Part shown: positions 1-13,960 of the stretch, piece after piece
Layout: the number at the start of each line of letters is the position of its first letter
How positions within the stretch are numbered: the first letter of the stretch is position 1
The notes under the pieces: model-generated
Seen by the model: only the letters and a program-made list of their open reading frames with translations
Databases searched by the model: none
Told to the model about the DNA's origin: nothing
Translations under genes and position numbers: made by a program
Source of the DNA: Camelus dromedarius
Lineage: Eukaryota
DNA length: 64,000 nucleotides
NCBI RefSeq assembly: GCF_036321535.1
Contig: NC_087438.1
Location: 7,814,001 to 7,878,000, forward strand
Direction: 5' to 3'

Positions 1-544
1 GAATTCCTTTCTGCACGAGGCAAGAATTTATTTTCTGGCAACATTTACACTCATCCTCTTGATTAAATTAGTCTTTAAACATAAAGAGCTTTATTAAGCA
101 GAAGGGTAAAGTCAGAACCCTTTGCCAGACTGAAGAGACTCAAGACAGCTTCATGAAAGTGTGTGTTATGAAAGATGATTCTGAAACAGGCAGCTAATGC
201 CCACTTGATATTCGTACTATGTATAAATATATTTGCAAGAATTCCTGCTTTGTTTTGACTGTAGATACCAATGCCATTAATGGCAGTGTTAATGGAAATC
301 AGCTATTTCAAAGCCATTACCCATCACATACAATAATGTAAGGAGGAAGTCTGAATCAGAGTGCTGGAGAAAATTTCTGTGTCTGTCGCAATCAAAGAAA
401 TGGAATATTTCAGAGAAAAATACTCACAGAAAATAATGACTTCACATTTAGACTGTAGTCATAAAAAATTTCAAAATTGGCAGAAGTTTTCCAGGAGACT
501 AGGAGGCTGTTTTTGTTTATGATGGGCCATACAGAGCTCTAAGG

Positions 545-670
545 CAGCAGTTCTCAACCTTGGCTAGATATTACAGCCCCCCAGGGAGCTTAAAAATAAG
601 TGCTAATAATTGAGCTTCTCAGGGGATGGGTTTGGGCGATTCCAATATACAACTGCATCAAGAATCGTGT
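545..670. mobile_element. MER5-like hAT-Charlie DNA transposon relic
   Basis: Starts cagcagttctcaaccttggc ... cccagggagcttaaaaata, the typical MER5 terminus. Confidence 0.6.
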
Positions 671-1739
671 TCTAAAAAAATGTTTCTCATCTGCTTTGGT
701 TTACATATGAAAAATAAGGTGTGGAGCTCTATTTTTAGGGGCGTAGTGGAGGTGGTGTTCAAGGTGAGGAAGGAGGTTGAGGGTAGGTCCGTATATCTCA
801 TTTGTCCAACATGCTATGCTATAAGTTATTGCTGCAAACCAATTTTGAATGATTAGGAAAATCTACAAATGACAATGAGAATCCGGTTGCTGAAACCACA
901 ATATTATGACTTCAACCTATTGTGCATTCGAATAAAAGCTAGTAAGTATGCCAGAAGCCAGAACAGCCCCGTTCCGGGGGTTCCAGTGGCAAATGATGAA
1001 GACACTTCCCTTGCTCCTCTGGAGCTCAGAACACCTAGCAGAATGGTGCAACACCTCCCCGGGGCTGTCATCACATTCACACGCTGCCAGGCATTCTCAG
1101 GACTCTCAAAAGAAGCACAAAAAGAGAAAACAGAGAAAGATACTTTTCTTGTTCCTAAAGAGCTGTCAGCTCGGCCGAGGAGATGACGCTATTACATCTG
1201 AAGCATCATGCACTCACATGGGTCTTGCATACAGTATTTCTTATGTGCTAAATTTGGGGGGATACGTTGATAAATATGAAAGCGTTCGAACAGAGCACAA
1301 AGTTAAAGAGCTTTGTAAAAGGGTGGAACCTGAATTTGTCTTGGAGGATGGGTAAGGAGTGGGTAGGAAAGGAGGTGAGAGAGCAGCTGTGGGTGGTGCG
1401 GGACAGAACGGCTGCAGTGGGGGGAGAAGGTAAGGGCAGGGACACTTGGGAAGAGAGCCCAACAGGAAGGACGGCTGTGAACTCAGAAACAGTGAGTATT
1501 GGTAAGTATTGAGGCTGGACAGAAACAGCGAAAGTAAAATGATTTAAGGTCTGGAAAATGTACGTTGTGCAGGGATCTTAACATCTCCTTTGACTCAGAA
1601 ACTGATCACTGGGCTGTGATGCACAGAGAAATCTCTGGAATCTGTAGGTGCTCAGCTTCCAAGCCCAACTGTAGGTTGAATACTGATCATGCTTGAATTT
1701 GAATTCAGGGGTACAAACTGAATTTAAGTGAAGCCCAGA

Positions 1740-2150
1740 CAGCTAAAATATGTCCTAGATGGACTCAGCCCTCCACCTTAGCCACCCAATAGAAGAAATG
1801 GGGTGTCTTTTTTTGGAGGTATGTCTTATCTACTTCAGTCAATTCTAATATTTTAACACACAATGTCTAGCATAAATAACAAATCACAAGACACGCAAAG
1901 AAGTAGGAAAATGTGGCCAAAAATTAGGAGAAACGATAGTCAATGCAGGCAGATTTCACAAGTTATCCAGACATTAGAATAAGCAGACAAGGATTTTATC
2001 TGTGAATATGTATGTTAAATATCTAGTGGAGAAATGGACAACATGCATGACAAAAAATGAACAAATTCAGCAGAGAAAGGGACACTATAAGAAGAACCAA
2101 ATGGAACTGTAGAACTGGAAAATACAATGTCAGAAATACAGGCTTTATAT
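1740..2150 (+). mobile_element. Ancient L1 (L1M-type) 5'/ORF1 fragment
   Basis: A-rich decayed ORF1-like text (aaatcacaagacacgcaaagaagtaggaaaatgtgg; aagaaccaaatggaactgtagaactggaaaatacaat). Confidence 0.6.
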
Positions 2151-3204
2151 GATGGGCTTTACAGAAGACTGACCCAGGGCAGAGCCTTGAGGTGGAGTGG
2201 AAGAGAAAGAGCAAAGGGAAAGAAAGAGAAGAAAGAAAACTAGGGAAGTTTTATCTTAGAAACCAAGACACATGACTATTTCAGATGCTTCTGGACAGTT
2301 CCAGTAAGATTAGAAGAGACACCTGCCCCTACTAGGAAGCATGGAGACTCTGGAAGGGGCCTTAATACAAACTGTTTTATTGAAGAAAAAAATCAGGCAG
2401 TAGAGTTCATTTTGTGTCATTCACATTATGAAAAACACTGCATACTCCTCAACTGGAGGACTTCACGAAGACCAGGGTGGCAGATTTTGGGGTGGAAGCT
2501 CAGGAAGGGTGAGAAGGACAAAGCAACCAGGTAGGAAGCCATGAGCAGGACCTGGACCCACCACGCTTCAGGCTGAAACTGAAAAGTGAAACACACATGA
2601 AGAGTAAGGAAGTTAAGAAACTCCCTGAAGAAGTATCAGCAAGACTTCGTGATGGATTGGCCGTCTAAGGATGAAGAAAAGAAAGAAAGAAAGAAAAAAA
2701 AAAACAAAGTGTCTATCCATTTCTATCACTGGAAAAATGGGGGCAAGTGAAAACTCAGGGTTTGGGTTAATATTTGAGGAGTGAAAGAGAGGGTAACTTG
2801 AAAGTTCAACCTTTTGAGTTTCAGATAAAATGACAGAGTGCAGATGACCCTTACTGGGCTGTGCAAGTGGGAGGCCTGTCTTGGGCAGAAGTTCTAAATT
2901 GTTTCATGGCATATATAGGAAATCCTAGTACCTGTAATGTGTCCTGGGGGCTACAGATCCAGGTGCTTGCTCCCCAAGCCTTCCCGAGGGCTGAGGGCAT
3001 CAGAGTTTCAGCACACGTGTGACCCATTTGTGGTACACTGTGTGGGGAACACTGGTCTAAGGAAGTGAACTGAGGCCTGTTCTCTGCGGTGTCCCCTGTG
3101 GACCTGGGACACGGTGGCACTCCATAACTATTTACTTGTGAGAGAAGCCTGTGGGTCGTCTCTCACACCCTCTATTCTAACATTTTAAGAGAAATAAGGT
3201 CACT

Positions 3205-4089
3205 AAATAGACATTTCTCCAAAGAAGCTATACAGATGGCCAAACACATGAAAAGATGTTCCACATCACTAATTATTAGAGAAATGCAAAGCAAAACTAC
3301 AATGAGGTGTCCCCTCACACTGGTCAGAATGGCCACCATCACAAAGTCTATAAATAATTAATGCTGGAGAGGATATGGAGAAAAGGGGACCCTTCTACAC
3401 TGTTGGTGGGAATGTAATTTGGTGCAGCCACCATGGAGAACAGTATGGAGGTTCCTTAAAAAACTAAAAAAAGACTTATGATCCAGCAATCCCACTCCTG
3501 GGCATATATCCAGAAAAGATGAAAACTCTAATTTGAAAAGACACATGCACCCCAATGTTCACAGCAGCACTACTTAAAATAGCCAAGACACGGAACATAT
3601 GAACACACACCACTACTCAGCCATAAGAAAGAATGAAATAATGTCATTTGCAGCAACATGGATGCACCTACAGATTATCAAACTAAGTGAAGTCAATCAG
3701 AGAAAGACAACGATTATATGATATCACTTGTGTGTGGAATCTAAAAAATGATACCAATAGACTTATTTACAAAACAGAAACAGACTCACAAGACATAGAA
3801 AACAAACTTACATTTAGCAAAGGGGAAGATGGGGGAGGGATAAATTAGGAATATGGGGTTATCAGACACACACGACTATATATAAAGTAGATTAAAAAAA
3901 CAGGTCCTACTGTATAGCACAGAGGACTATATTCATTATCTTGTAATAACCTATAATGGAAAAGAATCTGAAAAAATATATATAACGGAATCACTTTGCT
4001 ATACACCTGAAACGAACACAATATTGTAAACCAGTTATACTTCAATGAAAAAAGTAGATTAGCAAGCCCCCCACCCCCACAAAAAAAGT
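3205..4089 (+). mobile_element. 5'-truncated L1 (ORF2 C-terminus + 3'UTR + A tail), cetartiodactyl type
   Basis: aaatagacatttctccaaagaag...aaaactacaatgaggt; 3'UTR ctgtatagcacag; near-TSD aataaggtcact (3193-3204) / aatgaggtcact (4090-4101). Confidence 0.9.
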
Positions 4090-4959
4090 AATGAGGTCAC
4101 TTGAAATAGATCTGCCTCTCACACAGACACTGGGCATTATTAGTCTGTGGAGTTAATAGTCACTTCAAAAGTTTAACACTATTTTCCATTTCATAGCTGT
4201 GACTTTCCTTTCTGATGAGTAAATTAAACGATTCAGGTCTGCAAGTGAGGACCATGGGAATTTCTTATCATTTGATCTGTCTTGCACACTGAATACCCTC
4301 TACTATTGATGCTGGAATATGAGTGACTTAATTAAAAGCAACACGTTGCACATTACCATATGCCCGCACCAGCCTGGTCTGTAGGAGCTCCAGTCCAGTG
4401 GTCTACATTAAACAAGCAGGATGAGGCACCTTAAGAAACAAGTCACTCGTCTTTTTATCATTCTACTCCAAGGCCATTATTTGACCTGACATCATTCAAA
4501 GATATAATACACAAAACTGAATAGGGAAATTTCATTTTAAATTTGGAAAAAACAGGTTTTTCTCACAGGCAGTACATTTTCAAGAATTTTCTTCATTATT
4601 AAGAGAAGAAATCTCTGAATTTCAGCTAAGCTTCTCCAAAGAACTTGTAGGACATTTTGATGAGAGGCTGCTGGGAACTGCTTGGTTCTTTGCTTCACCT
4701 CTCCTCTTTGATCCCAGTCTGGAAGGATGGACAGATGAGCTTTTTTCTTCTCAGAGCATCTCAAGAAGCAGCTTGCTGCTTCTCAAGGGATCTTACTTGT
4801 GTCATCTCACAGACTGGCACCCAAGCTCCTGGCTGCAGGCAAGGCGCCTGCTAGTGGGGCTGTACCTCCAGGTCCCCAGCTCTTCTGGGGCTTGCTGTGA
4901 ACCCCCAGTTCTTCCCTGCTCTGCATTCCCTCAAAATCCAGCATAATAAATGCAATCAA

Positions 4960-5881
4960 GCAATTCTCCAATGAAGACATATGAGTGACCAATAGGCATA
5001 TGAAAAAATGCACAATATCACTAACTATCAGAGAAATGCAAGTCAAAACTACAATGAGGTATCACCTCACACCAGTCAGAATGGCCGTCATTCAAAACTG
5101 CACAAATGACAAATGCTGGAGAGGCTGTGGAGAAAAGGGAACCCTCCTAACTGTTGGTGGGAATGTAGTTTGGTGCAGCCATTGTGGAAAACAGTACGGG
5201 GATTCCTCAAAAGACTAGAAATAGACCTCCCCTATGACCCAGCAATCCCACTCCTGGGCATATGTCCAGAGGGAACTCTAATTCAAAAAGACACCTGCAC
5301 CCCAATGTTTATAGCAGCACGATTTACCACAGCCAAGACATGGAAACAACCTAAATATCCATGGACAGATGACTGGATAAAGAAGTTGTGGTATATTTAT
5401 ACAATGGAATACTACTCAGCCATAAAAAAGAATAAAATAATGCCATTTGCAGCAACATGGATGGCCCTGGAGAACATCATTCTAAGTGAAGTTAAGCCAG
5501 AAGGAGAAAGAAAAACACCGTAGGAGATCACTCATATGTAGAATCTAAAAAATAAAAGGACAAATGAACTTATATATAAAACAGAAACAGACTCACAGAC
5601 ATAGAATACAGACTTGTGGCTGCCAGGGATAGGGGGGTGGGAAAGGAGAAACAGACAGTTTGAGATTTGCAGATACTGACAGGTATATATAAAATAGATA
5701 CACAAGTTCATACTGTATAGCACAGGGAAATATATTCAATATCTTGTAGTAGCTTATGGTGAAAAAGAATATGAAAATGAATGTATGTATGTTCATGTAT
5801 GACTGAAGCATTGTGCTGTACATCAGAAATTCACACAACATTGTAAACTGACTACCCCTCAATAAAAAAAGAAAATAAATA
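4960..5881 (+). mobile_element. Relatively young 5'-truncated L1 with perfect 15-bp TSD
   Basis: ORFs 4985..5218 and 5113..5523 translate L1 ORF2 C-terminal motifs ([43 protein letters not shown]); TSD aataaatgcaatcaa at 4945-4959 and 5882-5896. Confidence 0.95.
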
Positions 5882-6115
5882 AATAAATGCAATCAAACAA
5901 GAGGCAGAGTGGCTAAAAGAGTATTCATTTTTAAACTTTTAAGCTATTTTCTAATCCATTATTTGTACTTTTAGAAAGCAAAGATAACAATTTATTCCCA
6001 CATGATTAAAACTACCCCCCACCCCACCTTTGGCAAGCGGAGAACATTACAGTTAACATGTAAAAGGAATACAATTTAAAAAGCATTATCCTGCTAAAAT
6101 CCTCTTCTCTATTTT

Positions 6116-6231
6116 TTTTTTTTGATACTCCAAGTCTTTCTTTTTTTAATTCTGATTTTTTATTGAAGTGTAGTTGACCTACAGTGTTAGTTTCAGGTAT
6201 ACAGCAAAGCAATTCAGTTATACATATACAT

Positions 6232-6265
<34 letters not shown>

Positions 6266-6296
6266 ATACATATTATTTTCAGTTCCTTTTCCATTA
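6116..6296 (-). mobile_element. Short L1 3'-end insertion containing a (GT)15 microsatellite
   Basis: Poly-T then tattgaagtgtagttgacctacagtgttagtttcaggtatacagc (antisense L1 3' end); TSD cctcttctctatttt (6101-6115) / cctcttttctatttt (6297-6311). Confidence 0.85.
6234..6263. repeat. (GT)15 microsatellite
   Basis: Uninterrupted gt repeat read directly. Confidence 0.95.
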
Positions 6297-8944
6297 CCTC
6301 TTTTCTATTTTAGATTCTCAAGATCTGGGGTATCTGAGAGAGCCCTTTCATTTCTTATGTCTTCTCTTCTCTAAAGCTCTTCTTCTGAAACTGTTGGAGC
6401 AGGCATCAAAGACATACCTGAATAGACCAAGAAAAGTTAGGTGTTTTCTCTTCCTCTCTTTTCTCTGAGGTCTTTAAGCAGAGGTCCTCAAATCCGAGTC
6501 AACTGGAAATTTCCTAGTCAGTTTTGCCTTTTCCGCACATGGAGGATTTCCAAGGGGCAAATCGTTAAGTCTCGTTTAAGAAAATAATTATCGGCTCTTC
6601 AACTTATTTACAACTTCCCCTTCCAAGGAATTCTTATCTGCCAGACCCAGCTGCCAACATTCCTCCACAGGTGTCTGAAGTTAATTAACGAAGAACCCAC
6701 GTCTCTGCTGGGAAGGGAGGCTCTCGGGTCTGGGAGACGAGGGCTCTAAAGCAGGGACCTAATCCGAAGACACCGAGTTCTGGCCAAAGCACCCAGCTTT
6801 CCGGCTGCCTAGAATTCGGCTTGTGAAATCAAGTTATTAAAGCAAGCCAGCAAAGACTGCGCCAATAAATCACCTTGTCTGGGAAACCAGGCTTCTTTTA
6901 AAAATACTAATTGAAATTGCATGTGTTTTAATTAAAACAACAGCTGCCAAGGTCTTGAAGAAACATATTTTGAAACGCCAAGAAGGTATGTCTCTAAAGT
7001 GTTCTCAAACTTAGTTTAAAAAGTGAGCCTTACACATTCCCAGAAATAAAAATACCAAGGTGGCCTCCCCAGGTTGCACTGAGGTTTCCAGGACCTCCAG
7101 TCTGGGCACAGCTGGGATTCCCCAGGGTCAAGAACATAGATACAGAAGATGCCCACGGTGCTGTGTGATGAGTGGCTTATGAGATGTCTGCCCTTCAGAA
7201 TGGGGTACCCACATCCCAGGGGATTTTGCCACATGTAAGCCACCGGCAAGAGATGAGAAAATAACACAGCCTGATGGAGGCATCATATGTTTTTAGAACC
7301 CTCTGGTCTCCAGTTTTGCTAGGAGACACCGAGTGCAAAGTGATTCCGAAGACAGAGGGGATGATGGCCAGGATGCACTTCATTCCTACACCAAAGAATT
7401 TAGGCAAACTTTGAGGATTGCTCTCCTGCTGAACATTTGGAATATGGCTTCCTGGAAATGGAGACACAGGCTTAGGTATCTGTATGTTCCCCCAGAGAAC
7501 ACAGTCTCACAGAGAATTGGGTAGAACGTATCCCAAAGTTTGTATGATTGGTGTTGCCAAATCTAGAAGTCCATGGATACACAGCTCAGAAATTCAGCTG
7601 TGAGGTCACTAAATAAAAGAGAACAGTCAGGAGAGTAGCCTTTCCCCCTCCAGTTCTCCAAAGGAAAACACATTTCTCACCAAGTAAAGTTCTGGCACAG
7701 GGTGGGGGGGGGGGGAAGGGGTGCCTGTCATTCCAACAACATCACCTTTTTCTTTATTCTGCCCTTATTTTCACTTAAAGACAGAACATTTTTATGTCAT
7801 TCTTTAAATACAACTGGCAACCACTGTCTATAAAGAGTCATTTAAAGACGAAAGGCCAGATAAAGTCTTTCATCTGAATATTTAAAACAGATCGTGGCAA
7901 GAGAAAAAGCTAGGAAGGGAATGCCCTCCCTGTCCACCCCTTCTCCCCAGAATGAATGAAAGTGATGATCTGAAAACTGTGAGAGGGGAGAGAAATAGCA
8001 TCGGATTTCCTGCTTAAATAATAATTAACTCCTGGGCAAAAAAAAACTACCCTTCTTTTGTTCGTGACTTCATGAGTGTGGGAAGGTACGAGACGTGCAC
8101 TGCCAGGTGCACCTGGAGATCTGGGGCTCCCTCCTCTTCCGTCTCTCCTGGGGGACAGCTGTGCTTGGGAGCCAGCAGACTTCCCTGGGACACAGCACTT
8201 CCGGGTGCCAGAAAGAGTCGGGTTCTGTCTGGTGCTCCTTTTGAGGCTGGAGCGGGTTGAGAGGGTGTTGCTTGGGTAGAAAAGAAGCTCAGCTGTAAAG
8301 AAGGCCAGCCCGATGCCAAGAATGGGTCATATCCTACGAATGTACAAGGCACCAGTCAACGATCCTCGCAGATCATTCCAAATACGGTGACCCCACCTCC
8401 AGAAGATCACAGAGCGCCGGAAGAGGGTTACGCGTGGTAGAGAGGATGTGGCTAAAGGACTGAGATGAGCAGGCGAAGGGCCAGGTTCATGGAGCAGTGG
8501 AAGGTCCTTCACTTCAGTTTAGGTTGGGGAGTAGGGCAGCTGGGAGGGTGCTTCCAGCATCCCAGGCCTGGCTCTCCTGCCAGAAAGTGTGGTGAGCAGC
8601 CGCCACCCGGGAAAGCGAAGGGAGGGTGCTCTGTGAGCTCTGCCAAAAACCTCCTGCAGGAGTACAGTGGCTCTGCCCACCCTTGGCAAATATCGGGGCA
8701 CATACAGAACACATAACCATTTCCGACCCAATCCCAAACCTCTTCCAAAGTAGCAGCAGAATGAGATTAACTGGAGTCCTGGATTTCTGGAAGCATCTAA
8801 GCTATCTTTTCTTCCTGTCTTCCCTGGATGCTATGGAAAGAGGCTGAAACAGACACCCCCTCTACTCCCTTCTCCCTGTGCAGGACTCCCCAGACCTCTC
8901 CTAGATCTGTTCTCCAGCATAAATAACCCGTGTTACTCACCCAT

Positions 8945-9320
8945 CAGAGAACAGTTCAGCACATATGTACTGCTGGGCACTGCAGGACATAAAAGCAAAC
9001 AGGGTACCTGATTCCTGCCTGTTATCTCACTGAGGGAAGATGCAATACATGCACACATAAAAGTGAAAGACAACGCAAGAATAACATCACACAATGGGAA
9101 TCTAAGATGCATGAAAAGATTTCTTATCAAGTAGATACTACCCTCCTCCTGAGTTCAAGGAGCAGCCTTCATCAGGAGGACCACTCTGAGCTGGACTCTG
9201 AATGATGGGTGGGAGGTCAGTGGGTGCAGAGATGGAAGAGCCTGCCAGAGAGGGAGACAGTCTGGGCAAAGGTTTGTGAGTGGGGACCTTGGTGCAAAAC
9301 CCGGTCTGGCTGAAGAATTC
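8945..9320 (-). mobile_element. L2 fragment
   Basis: Decayed antisense L2 3' motifs (gagctggactctgaatgatggg, gcaaaggtttgtgag). Confidence 0.5.
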
Positions 9321-10230
9321 ATCAAGAAGAGTGGCGAGAGATAAGAGACAGTTTGGTGACACCACCCAGGGTCCCTCCTGCCCAGTGTGTCTATGTGCTT
9401 TAAGTTGTTTATTTTCTTAGACTTTTGTTTGTTTGTTGGCAGAGAGGATGGGAATTTGGCAAAATAAATACCTGCCATCTTCATCAGGAGCTGTCAAGGG
9501 CTGAAATGGATGGCATTTTGGTAAACTTATTAGAGCAATACAATATTGTTTGTTCTTTTCTCTGAAGCTAATTACTACCATTAAAAAAAAAAAAAAGAAA
9601 ACCTTTCTGAATGATGAAATAACACTTTACTCAGAAGGATAATTAACATTTTGGGAAGGTTGCAAAGAAATGTATGGATGTGCGTGAATCTGGACCACTG
9701 CACCAGGTCGCCTAGAAGGACACGGAGATCCACCTGCAGGGCACTTACCACCTGAACGCAGAGACAAACACAGAGCAGCCCAGGTGGGAGGACAAAGAGA
9801 GGCAGAGTCCGTGGCGCTTCTCTCAGTGCTACTGTCTGATCTTCATTAGAGCAGACGGGGTCAAGTAATTGCTGTTCAACAGCTTACTTGGACTTTTCCT
9901 TTACAATGTTGTCCAAGGATGAACCATCCCTTAATCATAGCTGGGGCAGCTGCCCCTCCCACCACCCCTAACTAAAAGAATGATCTAAGAAGAGCTGTAA
10001 TATAAACTGGACCCCGGACCAGCAAGGGAAACAACTGGATTTCTTCTGAAATTCTGCGTGTCTGCATGCAGCTAGCAAACTGTAGTAGGAAAGTGAACTG
10101 GGTTTTTCTCACGATTTTCTTTTTTAAAACAAAGTCCTCCTCTTTAGTGTTTAATTGGCTTACTTACTGTTTTGCTGATTTGGAGTTCATTATAAGATGA
10201 GGGCCAGGCTAGAAAAAAATTAATTCAGCT

Positions 10231-11260
10231 ATTCATTCAGCATTGAGTCCCCGGTGAGGATCAGAGGTCGTTCCAGGTACGTGACCTACATCAATAAACA
10301 CACGAGACGGAACTTCCTGCCCTTAATGGGTTGGCATTCCAGTGCGTGGAGATGGACCAGAAACGAGATAAATAAGTGATACGTTATGTATCAGAGGGTG
10401 ATTAGTGCTATGGAGAACAATGAAGCAGGAAAGGAGGTAGAATTTTAAGAATGTCACCAGAAAAGGTTGAACTGAGAAAGTAACACTTGAGTAAAGACCG
10501 GAAGGTAGGGGAGAACTGACCATCTGGGCATCTGGAGGAAGAGGATTCCAGGCAGAGGGAGTGGCACATTCAAAGGCCCTGAGGCAGGATTGCAGCTCAC
10601 GTCATAAAGGAACCGCAGTGAACCAGTGGCCACAGAAAACTTAATGCTGGTGAGAAAGGAGGTGAGGTTGGAGAGGGAATGGAGAGCTGGATCGTATAGC
10701 ACCGTGTCTGCTATGCAAAGACTTAATTTTACACTGAGGAGTGAGAAGAGATGTGCTGTGACTAAGGTTTCAACAGGACAACTCTGGCTGCTGCATTGAG
10801 AGGAGACGACACGGGGTGAGGTTAGAAGCAGGGAGTCTAGGAAAGGGCTATGGTCATAACCCACGTGAGAGATGATGGGGTTTGGGGGGACAAGGCAACG
10901 AAGATGAGAAGTGTCAGGTTCTGGGAAAATGTAGAAGGAAGACCAGATTCGTTGACGGTTTGGATAGGAGGGTGAAGTACTGCGGGAACGACGAGGTGCT
11001 TACCCCGGACCACCGCAAACACAAGTCGCCGTGGGGAAGACTGCGGAAGGACAGGGTTTGGAGGAGAAGATAAGGAACTCAGGTCCGGAGATGCCTGCTG
11101 GACGTCCAGTGGGGATGCTGGACAGACGGTCAGATGCAGAGATGTGGGAATCACAAGAGATATCTACAGAAGAGTTTCCAGAATACAGACGATCATTGAC
11201 ACCAGGAAACCATATGAGGTCACCAAAGCTTTGACTGAGAGTTAACCAAAGAGAAAAGTC
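10231..11260 (-). mobile_element. L2a 3' portion
   Basis: Begins attcattca (antisense L2 tail), then tgctatggagaacaatgaagcagg, ttccaggcagagggagtggcacattcaaaggccctgaggcagg. Confidence 0.8.
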
Positions 11261-12699
11261 CAAGTTTAATTTTTTTTTTCTTAATTCAAAGTCATTGCAG
11301 CCTTCTTTTCAATATACAAAGTTCTGGAGAGCATCTTCCTATAAACATCACTACTTTGATACAATATTTAAAGCAAAAGAGTGAGCAAAGGTCACATTTC
11401 CTTCCTCCTGGATAGAATAGGCGAGTGTGGTTTTGTTCAATTCTGCTTTTCTCATTCAAGAAAAAAGTTATTGATTCTGTAAAGCCCATGACGTGGATAT
11501 TTTCACTCCTATTTTTAAACGGCTGGCTCCGTTTCCTGCCTGGTGACATCTGACAGTAAAGGCTTCATCTGGCATGGGCTCCAAATGCTCCTGTCCTGGA
11601 GGGAGCACAAGATAACAGGCTTCCCAGAAAGAAGAGATGCCTGGAAGCCAGAAAAGCAATCAATAGTTCCCTATTTTGTTATATTTTAATCCACCAAGAG
11701 AAATAAAACACACACACGCACAACACCTAGCAGCTTGTGCCCAGGCAGCAGCCTGATTAGCTATTGATTTTTCCTCCATTTATCGTGAAGCCATAGGATT
11801 TTATGGGAAGCCCCAGCGCCCTGCTGTCTGAGTCAACTCTGCAAGGAAAAGGAAAGCGGACAGGGAGAGGGCTAATGGCCTAGTTTAAATATACAAAAAT
11901 CCACTAACAACATTTAAATTAAATTCAAACTAAGTATAAATGTAAAACTGTGAGTTTATTTCATGCCTCCTGACGTACTGCGAGGATCATTAAATGCACA
12001 CAAATAACTGCATTTATTAGACACAGGTTTGAAATCTGGTCCCTCTGAATACATAAATGGCTTGGAGACCTGCAAATGCTTTGGTTTTTACAGAAGGACA
12101 GGACGGGCGCTGTGAGATGGCAGGAGGAAGAGCGGCTGCGCCCCAGACCTCACGGCTTCGTAGCCACGCTCAGGAACTGACCGCTATCGACGCGTGAAAT
12201 CTGGCCCCACGCCTGAGATTCCGACTGCCCCAGGAACGGAACCTGCCTCTTTGCCCACTCGTCCCTGCCTTCTGCAGACCCCCCAGAGGCTGCAGAGCCT
12301 GAACCACTGAAGCGGGGTCCAGCTCCTGCTGCCTGACCTCACTGACGTCCGTTACCTGCAGTCAAGCTTGCCAGCCTCCGTGCGCACTGACCAGCCACCC
12401 TACTGGAAGCATCTCTTCCGTCCCAGTAGGACACTGGTCTGTGGCCAGGCCTGTGCCTCTCCCGGGGCAGGGCAGGTCCCTGTGGTTCATCAGTTCTCCA
12501 GGCATCAATCAACCTTGGCTTGGGTGGGCATCTTCCCCGCTACAGAGGAAGGAACCAGAAGGCTTCTCTGACCCGGGCTCCCACCATTCACTCTGCACCG
12601 GGCATGTGATGCCACTGGCTTGTTCCCAGGTCCCCTTTGGAGGTGGGGGGTGGGGGTGCTACCTGCAAAAGGTGCTCCTTCCGCTTAGACGTTCTTCCC

Positions 12700-13340
12700 C
12701 CCCAAACAGCCACATGGCCCATTCGCACCTCCTCCAAGTGTTTGCTCAAATGCTACCCTCCCAACAATTCCCATCGCGACCTTCACTTCTGACTTAAAAT
12801 CGTAACACCTTATGCTAAGTGAAGGAAGCCAGACAAAACGGTTCACACAGTATATGATTCCACTTGTATGAAATGTCCAGAATAGGAAAGTCCATGGAAC
12901 CAAAAGCAGACTGGTGGCTGCCGGGCGCTGGGGGAGGGGGCAATGTGGGTGACTACAGGGCTTTCCTTAGGGTGACGGAAATGTTCTGGAACTTGACATG
13001 GGTGATGGCTGTGCAACATTACAAAAATACTAAATGCCACCAAAACAGTGTATTTAAAAATGGTTAATTTTATGTTATGTGAATTTCACCTCAATGGGAA
13101 AAAAATCACAGCCTCCCCAAATACAGGCTGCCTGACCAGCTCATTTCCCCCACAGAACGTTTCCAACACACCAGGGGATCCACGTGTGTATTTTGCTGGT
13201 TGTACATCTCCCCTCTCCAGAGTGTAAACTCCACGAGGGCAAGGCTCCCTGTCTGCTCTGCTCACTGGTGTCATCTCTGGGCCCAGAACAGGCCTGGAAC
13301 GAAGTAGGTCATAGACAAACATCTGTTCCATAAACAGACA
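12700..13340 (+). mobile_element. L2 3' end interrupted by an L1MB-like 3' end (about 12805-13105)
   Basis: L2 motifs (tgctcaaatgctacc; tgtaaactccacgagggcaagg...agtaggtc) flank tatgctaagtgaaggaagccagac...aaaatggttaattttatgttatgtgaatttcacctcaat. Confidence 0.75.
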
Positions 13341-13809
13341 ATGCACGATCTCTTTAATACTTTATCCATAAAAGATCTTCCCTGTTTCTTGAATATCAAA
13401 CCAAAGGGAGATGATTCTTTAAGAAATAGGATTAAGGAGCCAGGATTGTCTAATCCAAAGTAAATTTTAAAACAGAGAGGGGAAGGAAAGTGGCACATAT
13501 CCCGTTCGCAACGTGGAAAACAAACAAGCTGCCTGACGGGGACCTAGAGGATCAGGACAACGGTGCCCAGTGCTGAGCACCGTGCTCGTTTTTAATTTGC
13601 AAGGATTAGAAATGTCAACAAACATCGCATTTCCCTCTAAATTCTAAAAGATGAGTCAGCGCCTTGGATTCACGCTAGACGAACTAGGAAAACAAGGCTC
13701 TCACACGTGCACTGATTCTGCAGGTGCCTCCCTGCTCTGCAGGCGGATTCAACCACAGGAAATACTTTCATTTAAACGTGGAGACGCGGGGAGCGGGGGG
13801 AGAACGTAC

Positions 13810-13960
13810 CGATGAGCTCCTTATTCCTGACGTCCAAGGCCATGTTCCGGAGAGCCGTGGCCACGGCACACACCACGCGGTCATTATCTATACGGAGCAG
13901 CTCCACAAGGATGGGCAGGCCTTTCTCTTTCCGGACAGCAGCTCGGATATATACTGACCA
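13810..13960 (-). CDS. CTNND2: CTNND2 coding exon (151 nt, about exon 16): [50 protein letters not shown](G)
   Basis: Acceptor ctctctttgcag|TGG; donor ATC G|gtacgt; 50 codons + 1 nt; ARM repeat sequence. Confidence 0.97.

Noticed and set aside
5113..5523. 136-aa ORF with clear protein homology
   Set aside because: L1 ORF2 C-terminal remnant of a 5'-truncated copy, not a host gene.
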